Source: a candidate division WWE3 bacterium GW2011_GWC2_41_23 | GTDB lineage: Bacteria; Patescibacteriota; WWE3; UBA101185; UBA10185 | Reading direction: 5' to 3' | Length of the DNA stretch: 64,000 nt | Assembly (NCBI GenBank): GCA_000996895.1 | Contig: LCBB01000005.1 | Coordinates: 11,421-75,420, forward strand | Shown here: one piece after another, positions 56,698 to 64,000 of the stretch | Layout: every line of letters starts with the position of its first letter | Position numbering within the stretch: position 1 is the stretch's first letter | The notes under the pieces: model-generated | What the model saw: only the letters and a program-made list of their open reading frames with translations | Told to the model about the DNA's origin: nothing | The model's database searches: none | Made by a program: the position numbers and the translations under genes

Positions 56698-56909
56698 ACG
56701 TTAATACTAGCAGATTTCCACGCTTTCCACGACACCTCAGCCTCTTTTTTAGTTACAACCCTAATGGCAATTCCCATCTGTATCATCACGTAATCTCCGA
56801 CCTTTAACATCATTCCGCCAGCCAGAGCCTGTCTTGTTTCAGTAGGATACTCAACAATTAGTTTTTCACCTTGGATCTTTTTTACTATGCCCGGTATTGC
56901 TAAACACAT
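56694..56909 (-). CDS. hypC: HypC/HupF hydrogenase maturation chaperone
   Basis: MCLAIPG and VGDYV motifs. The usual conserved His is replaced (IQMG). Confidence 0.85.
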   Translation of the reverse strand: MCLAIPGIVKKIQGEKLIVEYPTETRQALAGGMMLKVGDYVMIQMGIAIRVVTKKEAEVSWKAWKSASINV

Positions 56910-56930
56910 CTATCTGATATTATACATAAT

Positions 56931-57455
56931 ATGGATGCTGCCAATACTACTGCTCAATCTCCTGAAAAAAAGAAACTTGTTGTGGGTTGGTTTTCTTTTA
57001 CATGCAGTGAAGACAGTACAATATTATTTACCGAGCTTTTGAACGATCACTTCAACGAATGGAAAACTCTTGTTGAGTTTAGACACTTAAAAGCTTTAAA
57101 AACGAACAATTCCATTAACGATCTCGATGTTGCATTTATCGAGGGGGCGATTTCTTCCGAAAAACAGGCAGCGGAAGTTACCAAAATCCGCAATAACTCA
57201 AAGTATGTGGTGGCAATCGGCGCGTGCGCCTGCAACGGACTCCCTTCCGCAAGTAGAAATATGTTCGTTCCCGAGAATGTAAGTTTTAAAACCAAATGGT
57301 ATTTGGAAAACTTTGATTACGCGGCGAAAGTTAAAAAACTCGAAGATGTGATTAAGGTAGATGATAAAGTAGAAGGCTGCCCGATGAATGCCGAGGCCTT
57401 CAAAACCGCGCTTTGGAAATATTTAAAATTATTTAGGATAGTCGAAAATGCATAG
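56931..57455 (+). CDS. NiFe hydrogenase small subunit (group 3-like, proximal-cluster domain only)
   Basis: WFSFTCSEDS, DVAFIEGAI, VAIGACA and VD..V.GCP motifs. Confidence 0.85.
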   Translation: MDAANTTAQSPEKKKLVVGWFSFTCSEDSTILFTELLNDHFNEWKTLVEFRHLKALKTNNSINDLDVAFIEGAISSEKQAAEVTKIRNNSKYVVAIGACACNGLPSASRNMFVPENVSFKTKWYLENFDYAAKVKKLEDVIKVDDKVEGCPMNAEAFKTALWKYLKLFRIVENA

Positions 57456-58749
57456 TGGAAATATAACAATTGAAAATATAACAAAAGTTGAAGGGACAGC
57501 CGGAATTGACGTTACCATTGAGAACGACAGAGTAACCTCTCTTAAATTTATTATTAAAGACTACCGTAGATTTTATACTGAGGCTGTGCTCGGAAAGCCG
57601 TTTATCGCGTCCCCGTCCTTTTTGTCGAGAATTTGTGGTACCTGTTCGGTCGCCCATCTATTTGCGTCCCTCGAAGCTATTGAAAAGTCGCAGGATATTA
57701 AACTGACCGAGCAAACGCGGTTGTTACGAAGACTGGCTTACGACGGGCTGATGATACGCGACCATGCTTTGCACCTTTACTTTTTTGTTTTGCCCGATGT
57801 TTTGGGCATTGATTCGATTTTGGATATCCCCGACACTCACGATGACCCCGGGCACATACTGCTTCACGACTCGTTTGATATAAAAAAGCTCGGGACCGAC
57901 ATAACCGACGTAATAATAGGAGCTGCAATTCACGCTCCGTATCCGACGGTCGGAGGTTTTCTAAGAACCCCCGATCCGGCTAAATTTCCGGCGTTAATAG
58001 AACGTCTGGAAAAAATTAGGCCTCAGGTTTTAAGAGGAATTAAAACTTTTTATGATTACAAACAGGAACTTTTAAGCGATTCGGACTTTTTATGTCTAAG
58101 AAACGGTGTGAGTTTTGATTTCATTGAAGGAGAAATTACAAACTCCGACGGTAAGGCTATTTCCGAAAACAATTTTCATGACTTCCTTAAATCCGTCGTC
58201 GTTCCCTACTCTCAATCGGAAGGATACGTATTCTCCGACGAACACGACAACTACCTGGTAGGTTCTCTGGCGAGAATTAATTTTAATAAAGACTTGCTTA
58301 ATCCGAGAACCAAACAGGATTGTGCAGAATACTTAAATGTTTTCCCGTCTAAAAATGTTCATCATAATAATTTGGCTCAGGCAATAGAAATTCTTCAATG
58401 TGTGGACGACGCGCTTGATATTTTAAAAAGCATAAAAATAGTTGAGGAAAAGCCCGTCAAGATGCCAAAAAAGGCAGGTGTGGGGGTGGGAGTTGTAGAG
58501 GCTCCGAGAGGAACTTTGTACCACATGGCTAGAGTAAATGAAAAAGGAATGATTGAGGACTACGATGTTATTGTTCCAACTTCCCAGAACCAGATCAATA
58601 TAGAAAAAGATTTGAAAAAATACTTTGCCGCAAATCTGGATAAGCCGGAAGATGTTTTAAGAGTAGAGGCTGAGAAAATAATCCGCGCTTACGATCCCTG
58701 CATGTCCTGCGCAACCAACTTTTTAAAAATTAACTGGATACGCAAGTAG
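57448..58749 (+). CDS. NiFe hydrogenase large subunit (group 3b-like)
   Basis: ITKVEG, L1 SRICGTC..AH, EAPRG.LYH, VPT.QN and L2 RAYDPCMSCATN. Confidence 0.92.
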   Translation: MHSGNITIENITKVEGTAGIDVTIENDRVTSLKFIIKDYRRFYTEAVLGKPFIASPSFLSRICGTCSVAHLFASLEAIEKSQDIKLTEQTRLLRRLAYDGLMIRDHALHLYFFVLPDVLGIDSILDIPDTHDDPGHILLHDSFDIKKLGTDITDVIIGAAIHAPYPTVGGFLRTPDPAKFPALIERLEKIRPQVLRGIKTFYDYKQELLSDSDFLCLRNGVSFDFIEGEITNSDGKAISENNFHDFLKSVVVPYSQSEGYVFSDEHDNYLVGSLARINFNKDLLNPRTKQDCAEYLNVFPSKNVHHNNLAQAIEILQCVDDALDILKSIKIVEEKPVKMPKKAGVGVGVVEAPRGTLYHMARVNEKGMIEDYDVIVPTSQNQINIEKDLKKYFAANLDKPEDVLRVEAEKIIRAYDPCMSCATNFLKINWIRK

Positions 58750-59090
58750 TCTAATTTCTTCTCCATCGGAAGTCCTATTATCGTAACATTCCCGAGCTTT
58801 CCGAGTTTCTTTAGGTATTTTAGTTGAAATCCCAAATCAAAATCGTGAACGGAAACCGAACCGGTATTTATAAGTTTGTCGAGGTCAGTGTCTTCGATTA
58901 GAGTAGGCTCGTCTATCCCTTCGACAGCGTCCATTATGTAAACGTGCTCTTCGGGTTCAAACGGGAGATCGGCGTTAGGAGCAACCTCTGCAAACTCAAT
59001 TTGCGGGAATATAGCACTCAACTTTTTTTGCGCGGTAAAAGCTTTGTTGTCTAACCCCAAATCTTTATTTCCGAATACATAAACTTTCAT
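58689..59090 (-). CDS. hydrogenase maturation protease (HyaD/HycI-like)
   Basis: VFGN....D, IMDAV and SVHD motifs. Confidence 0.75.
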   Translation of the reverse strand: MKVYVFGNKDLGLDNKAFTAQKKLSAIFPQIEFAEVAPNADLPFEPEEHVYIMDAVEGIDEPTLIEDTDLDKLINTGSVSVHDFDLGFQLKYLKKLGKLGNVTIIGLPMEKKLDYLRIQLIFKKLVAQDMQGS

Positions 59091-59111
59091 AGGCAACCTT
59101 TATTTTACAAC

Positions 59112-59816
59112 ACGTTTAAGGCGCTCCAACTAAATTCAAGATTTACACTCCCCCCGAATTCATTAGGTTATTGCGGCAAGGATTCTGCCCCCGAAAAGTT
59201 TAAAGACTGCGTTATTAAAGGCAAGTGTGCCGGGGTTGAAGAGGAGTTTAAGCATTTTATTGTTTTACACCCGTATTTAAGGACTCTGTCTAAAATCACC
59301 GGTCTTCCGAAATTTTCTTATAAGGTTGTCGAGAGTTATTGGCTGGGAAACGACAAACTCCTTAAAGCAAAGAATAAAGACTACCCTACTTTATTGAACT
59401 TTTTTGTAAAACAAGGGGTTCCTGAATGGTTTGTGGCCGAGCTTAAAAAAAGTAAGCCGAATAAATTTATTCCCACCCACCTATTTCAGGTTTTACACGT
59501 AGGCGTCGGAAGGGCAAGCGGCTCGGTCCCGTATAATCTGGAATCTATTAATAACTGCATGATCCGTTGGGGGAAAGTTGAAAAAGTTAATAGGAAAACG
59601 GCTGTAGTAAATTTGAATTCGTTGAAAAAAGTTAGGGGCGGTTACAAGCGCACACTTATTACCGAAACTTTTCCGTTTGTTGAAGGATTTGTTCCCGATC
59701 TAAAAGTAGGGGACACCGTGACGGTTCACTGGAAACAGATTGTAAAAATACTAAGTGAGGAAGAGATTGAAAAAATAACATTTTGGACGGATAAAGTACT
59801 GGAAAGTATCGGTTGA
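59112..59816 (+). CDS. DUF6390-like protein (apparent ACG start)
   Basis: The frame is open upstream of the track start and encodes SRFTLPPNSLGYCG and VVESYWLGN. The C-terminal part has P.H.FQVL, C.I.WG.V and GD.V.VHW. Confidence 0.75.
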   Translation, partial: TFKALQLNSRFTLPPNSLGYCGKDSAPEKFKDCVIKGKCAGVEEEFKHFIVLHPYLRTLSKITGLPKFSYKVVESYWLGNDKLLKAKNKDYPTLLNFFVKQGVPEWFVAELKKSKPNKFIPTHLFQVLHVGVGRASGSVPYNLESINNCMIRWGKVEKVNRKTAVVNLNSLKKVRGGYKRTLITETFPFVEGFVPDLKVGDTVTVHWKQIVKILSEEEIEKITFWTDKVLESIG

Positions 59817-59858
59817 AAAAGAAAAACCGGACTTTTTTGTAAAATCCGGTTTTGGGTA

Positions 59859-60197
59859 CTACCTCACTTTGATAACAACGGGTTTTCCTACAGCACTCTC
59901 GAGTGTAAATAAAATATCAGATTCGAGTTCTTTCCAGGTAAATGCTGAATTCTTCTCAACATATAAGCAAAAAGGTTTCAGCGCTACCTGCTCGATCCCA
60001 TCTATATCGTTAAGCTTCAAAATCAGGTTATGACCGATATAACCTACATTACTATCTTGAAGTAAGAATGGGTTCAGAGGAAATTCAAAAATTTCCATAC
60101 CCGAGTCGGAAATACGTTCGTGGACGTTATACTGTCTGAAATTACGTCCGCCCACCCGTCTGTCGATCTTCACAACCAAAGTTTCGTGGGTACACAT
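59859..60197 (-). CDS. NifU/Nfu N-terminal-like domain protein
   Basis: L..IDGIEQV......L.VEK....W..L...I pattern, with an AAGGAGG SD. Confidence 0.5.
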   Translation of the reverse strand: MCTHETLVVKIDRRVGGRNFRQYNVHERISDSGMEIFEFPLNPFLLQDSNVGYIGHNLILKLNDIDGIEQVALKPFCLYVEKNSAFTWKELESDILFTLESAVGKPVVIKVR

Positions 60198-60286
60198 TTC
60201 TTCCCTCCTTATTTCATGGTATCGACGGTTGATTTATCGCCGTTATTTTTGAATAGTGGTAATTATAAACCGATTGAAAATAGTGT

Positions 60287-61204
60287 CTATAGGATAGTAG
60301 AAGTATCGAGTTTTGCTGTAGGTACGGAGTTTCGTGAGAATAGAGCCAGCCCCGCGACTATCAAAACAGTTTGTGCCGTCAGAGTAACATTCCAGCCATG
60401 GGTGATGAATATGGCGGAAAGTATATTAGTAATAAGAGTCGAAGAAACCAGAACTGAAGTTACTACAACCGCCGGAGCGTGCTTTAAAGCCCGGTACCAG
60501 GTTGTGGTGTAAGCCAGCAAAAAAAGCACGGTTAATCCGATTAAAAAATATTGTTGTCCGTTTAAATTTAAACTTTTTTGCATCACCTGAGGCACTGTAA
60601 TTAATGTTGCGGACATAAGGACAACCGAACCTAATCCCATCCTGAAAGCCGTAACAATGTTTGAAGAAACAGTCGCTAAAACTTTTTTCGCGATAATATT
60701 TTCGACTGCCCATAAAACCGTTGCAACTAAAAGCATTAATTCTCCCTGAGAAAATTTAAAACCTTTAAAACCTCCGACAATAGTATTTCCCGCGAACAAC
60801 ATTAACACTCCCACAAACTGCCATTTAGAAACCTTCTCTTTTAATAACGGGATTGCCATCAGCATAACCCAAAACACTAAAGTTTTGTGAATAAGCGCGG
60901 CATTAATTGCGGGAGTTTGAGAAAGTCCGGTGAAATACAGATAGAAAGGGAGTGAACCTCCGACCAAACCGATTAGCACCAAATATCCTAGTTCTTTTTT
61001 TGTAAGGCGGACAATTTTCCTCCACTCTCCCGTAGCCAAAACTATGGAGATAATCAAAAAGGCAACTGCCAGATTTTTAACGGAGGTAAAATAAAGTGCG
61101 GGTTTAATGGCGTCAACGGCAAATTTGTTTACAAAAATGGAAATACCTGAAATTACAGCCGTAAGTAAGGCCAAATATATTCCTTGCATACTTTTTTTTG
61201 ACAT
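60287..61204 (-). CDS. EamA/DMT family transporter
   Basis: About 10 TM segments in two repeats, with LLKEK and ATVLWA. Confidence 0.88.
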   Translation of the reverse strand: MSKKSMQGIYLALLTAVISGISIFVNKFAVDAIKPALYFTSVKNLAVAFLIISIVLATGEWRKIVRLTKKELGYLVLIGLVGGSLPFYLYFTGLSQTPAINAALIHKTLVFWVMLMAIPLLKEKVSKWQFVGVLMLFAGNTIVGGFKGFKFSQGELMLLVATVLWAVENIIAKKVLATVSSNIVTAFRMGLGSVVLMSATLITVPQVMQKSLNLNGQQYFLIGLTVLFLLAYTTTWYRALKHAPAVVVTSVLVSSTLITNILSAIFITHGWNVTLTAQTVLIVAGLALFSRNSVPTAKLDTSTIL

Positions 61205-61214
61205 AAATCTATAA

Positions 61215-61460
61215 CTAGTCAGGCCAAACCTGCTTACCGGTTTCGGTATCGGTTACGACAATTGCCTTTGTAGGGCATGACTGCGCGGCCATCAGTATGT
61301 TTTCGGCCTCGTCGGTTCCCTCTTCGATTACTACGGCTTTGCTCTTGTCGTCCAATTTAAACACAGAGGGAGATACAGCAACGCAGGATGCCGCACTTAT
61401 GCAGGCTTCTCTCAGGACCTTTATTTTATATTTTCCGATTTGAATTTCTTTATTTTCCAT
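61215..61460 (-). CDS. single-cluster ferredoxin
   Basis: CISAASC ... AAQSCPTKAI. Confidence 0.9.
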   Translation of the reverse strand: MENKEIQIGKYKIKVLREACISAASCVAVSPSVFKLDDKSKAVVIEEGTDEAENILMAAQSCPTKAIVVTDTETGKQVWPD

Positions 61461-61498
61461 TAGGTTATGTTAAAGAATTATTTAAACTTAGGCAACCT

Positions 61499-62356
61499 TC
61501 AGGTGTATTTTTTAAACAGCTCCCCGGCTGTGGCTCTGTCGACCGGTATTTCAATCAACGGTTTTTCTTTAATCTGCGAAATATTTTCTTCGTAAGAAGG
61601 TCTGTCCGACTTGTAAAAAATTCCCAAGGGTATTTTCTTTTCGCCGAACTCCGACGCTCTTTCCAGTGCCTTTTGTTTGTCCGACGGATTGTAACCTTCT
61701 TCAAGATAATAAATATTTTCGCGGTAAAAAGCGTGCGTGCAGACTTTATTAAATGTTACACAGGGTTGAAGAATATCTATCACCGACAAACCTTTGTGCT
61801 TGTTTGCCTCGACAATAATTTCTGTAAGCTTTGCCATATCTCCCGCGTATGCCCTGGCAACAAATGTAGCTCCTGAAATTATGGCTAATGCTAATGGATT
61901 AAACGGTTCATCGGGATTGCCCTGAGGAGTAGATTTAGTTTTGAAACCGTGCGCCGTCAACGGTGACGTCTGTCCCGTGGTTAATGAGTATAAGGAGTTG
62001 TCGTGAATAAGAACCGTCAGATCGTGATTTCTTCTGCAGGTGTGGATGAAGTGATTTCCGCCTTCTCCGAAACAATCTCCGTCTCCCGTGAATACAAAAA
62101 CGTTCAATCTGTTATTTACCATCTTAATGCCGGTAGCAACAGGCAAAGCTCTTCCGTGAAGTCCTTCAAAAGAGTTTATTTTCACAAAGTTGACTATGTG
62201 GCCGTGACAGCCTATTCCGGCAATAATTGCGGTATTTGAACTGTCCCAACCTTCCTGAACGGCAGCATTTTTAAAGGAACTCCAGATATTTAAATCACCG
62301 CAGCCCGGGCACCAGTTTGGAGAGTGCGGTGTTTGTAAATCAGTCATCTTTGTCAT
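61499..62356 (-). CDS. korB: 2-oxoacid:ferredoxin oxidoreductase beta subunit
   Basis: WCPGCG, GIGC, LHGR, GDGD TPP motif, LTTGQ.SP and QPCVTFN. Confidence 0.95.
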   Translation of the reverse strand: MTKMTDLQTPHSPNWCPGCGDLNIWSSFKNAAVQEGWDSSNTAIIAGIGCHGHIVNFVKINSFEGLHGRALPVATGIKMVNNRLNVFVFTGDGDCFGEGGNHFIHTCRRNHDLTVLIHDNSLYSLTTGQTSPLTAHGFKTKSTPQGNPDEPFNPLALAIISGATFVARAYAGDMAKLTEIIVEANKHKGLSVIDILQPCVTFNKVCTHAFYRENIYYLEEGYNPSDKQKALERASEFGEKKIPLGIFYKSDRPSYEENISQIKEKPLIEIPVDRATAGELFKKYT

Positions 62357-63999
62357 TTCTTGCTCCTTATGTTATTAACCTTATCGATTATTTCTTCGGG
62401 GTAAATCTGGCGGCCGTCGTATTTAAGAAAACTTTCATTAATATTTATTTTTGTATTTTCTCTGATTAGTCTTTCCATCTGTCCGGTGTAGTTGCATTCA
62501 ACGTTAAGAATGTATTTTGATTTAGACAACATTTCGGTTAGTGCTTCCGCGGGAAATGGGCTCATCCAGTTTATGTGTACGTAATTTACGTTTTCTAAAC
62601 TTTTTAGAGCCTGAGTTATTGTTCCTTTGTTGCTTCCCCAGGAAACTATAGTTATTTCTGCGCTCTCCGGACCGAATAGTTGTGGTTTTTCCATATCCTG
62701 CTCTTTGCAGGTTTTGAGTTTGGTCATTCTTTTTTCCATCATTCTGTTTCTGTTATCGCTTTCTTCATTTGAGTAACCTTCTTCGTCGTGTTCATCGGAA
62801 TTTGCGATAAAAAAGTTTCCTACCCCCGGTATTGTTCGTTGAGAAATTCCTTCAGGGTCTGACGCGTATCTTTTATAACCTTCTATTTTTTGCATGTTAA
62901 GTTTTCCGCGGTCTATCTTATATTCCGGGTATTCATAGAGAGGAAAACTTTGCGCGTTTTCACAAATATTCTTGTCGATTATTAAAACGACGGGTGTCTG
63001 ATATTTATCGGCCAGGTTAAATGCTTTCATTGTAAGCTCAAAAACCTCTTTTGCGTCTCCTGCAGCTAAAACTATCCGTGGGAAATCACCCTGATGGGCG
63101 TTTAGTATCATTTGAAGGTCGCCCTGGTCGCTCCAGGTCGGTAAGCAGGTTGCAGGACCGGGACGCATTCCCTCTATAATTACCAACGGTGTTTCGGTCA
63201 TCCCCGCGAGCCCGTAGCCCTCGGTCATCAGGCAGAAACCTCCGCCTGAAGTGGATGTCATAGCTCTTGCCCCGGCGTAAGATGCTCCGATTGCCATATT
63301 TATTGCAGAAAGTTCGTCCTCGGGTTGCTTATATATGTATCCGTACTTTTCCTGGTTTTCGGCGAGAACTGCGAGAATATTTGAAATAGGGGACATCGGA
63401 TAAATTGCCGCGTATTGCAGTCCTGCAGAGATAGCTCCGAGGGCTACGCTTTCGTTTCCGTCAATTGCCATGTAGGGAACAAAATTACTTAGTGATTCTA
63501 AAGGACTTAAGGAATTCTTTAAATGCTGTTTGTAATTTTCCGTAACAAATTTAAAACCATTTTCAGCGGCTGTAACATTAACTTTTACTACCTCGTCTCC
63601 TTTGCTTCCGAACTCTTCCGAGATTAGGCCGTTTAGAATTATGAGGTTGCCGCCGAGAACTGCGGTAACGGCACCCAAAGCGACGGTGTTTATTAACAAA
63701 TCAGAGTTTCCGGCTTCTTTAGCAATTTTGGATAACGGCACCCCGATTAAAGCTACAGTAGAAGGAACTTTGGATGTGTCGATTTTGGCTTCAGAGTCAT
63801 ATATTAGACCTGCTTCTCCTGCAAATTCAGTGACATGTTTGTTAATTGTGTCCTGGTTTAATGCGATAAGAATATCGTTAACTTTTCTCGGCGCCGTAAC
63901 TTCTTCTTTGGAAATATTTACCTGTAAAACGTTATGACCGCCTTTAATTAAAGAAGGATATTCAATGTGGTTATATATGTGGTAGCCCGATCTAATAGC
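62353..63999 (-). CDS. korA: 2-oxoacid:ferredoxin oxidoreductase alpha subunit (5' end outside window)
   Basis: The frame is open to the window edge (EYPSLIKGGHN). It contains GNE, YPMSP, EDE, TSGGGF.LM.E and RPGPAT.LPT. Confidence 0.95.
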   Translation of the reverse strand, partial: AIRSGYHIYNHIEYPSLIKGGHNVLQVNISKEEVTAPRKVNDILIALNQDTINKHVTEFAGEAGLIYDSEAKIDTSKVPSTVALIGVPLSKIAKEAGNSDLLINTVALGAVTAVLGGNLIILNGLISEEFGSKGDEVVKVNVTAAENGFKFVTENYKQHLKNSLSPLESLSNFVPYMAIDGNESVALGAISAGLQYAAIYPMSPISNILAVLAENQEKYGYIYKQPEDELSAINMAIGASYAGARAMTSTSGGGFCLMTEGYGLAGMTETPLVIIEGMRPGPATCLPTWSDQGDLQMILNAHQGDFPRIVLAAGDAKEVFELTMKAFNLADKYQTPVVLIIDKNICENAQSFPLYEYPEYKIDRGKLNMQKIEGYKRYASDPEGISQRTIPGVGNFFIANSDEHDEEGYSNEESDNRNRMMEKRMTKLKTCKEQDMEKPQLFGPESAEITIVSWGSNKGTITQALKSLENVNYVHINWMSPFPAEALTEMLSKSKYILNVECNYTGQMERLIRENTKININESFLKYDGRQIYPEEIIDKVNNIRSKK

Positions 64000-64000
64000 G

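Noticed and set aside
36764-59853. Integron attC sites for the AAAC...GTTT palindromes
   Set aside because: They are about 31-36 bp (too short), lack proper RYYYAAC/GTTRRRY boxes, and no integrase is visible. Kept only as a weaker finding.

Overview
AT-rich, gene-dense bacterial chromosomal segment. It uses the standard code (TGA acts as a stop). The gene content suggests a Patescibacteria/CPR organism, WWE3/Microgenomates-like by inference: many GT-C glycosyltransferases, Elp3, DUF5652/Gmad2/Excalibur proteins, a fermentative 2-oxoacid:ferredoxin oxidoreductase (OFOR) and a NiFe-hydrogenase-like module. The window holds about 65 CDS, three tRNAs (Leu-TAA, Arg-TCT, Gly-TCC), a methyltransferase pseudogene, and no recognisable transposase, integrase or CRISPR array. 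The main unexplained signal is an approximately 745-nt stand-alone non-coding unit (about 40826-41570) between convergent genes. It has its own sigma70 promoter, many GNRA-capped hairpins, long-range helices, a 3' U-tract and an internally duplicated, covarying domain of about 150-200 nt, which makes it a candidate novel large structured RNA. Other notable patterns are: two structured mini-units that duplicate the tRNA-Leu 3' end; pervasive leaderless gene architecture (-10 box 6 nt before the start codon) alongside SD-led single-gene units ending in a shared palindrome; and a minimal two-subunit hydrogenase-like locus with altered ligand motifs and a DUF6390-like gene that appears to start at ACG. 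All product calls come from motif recognition by eye, not database searches.
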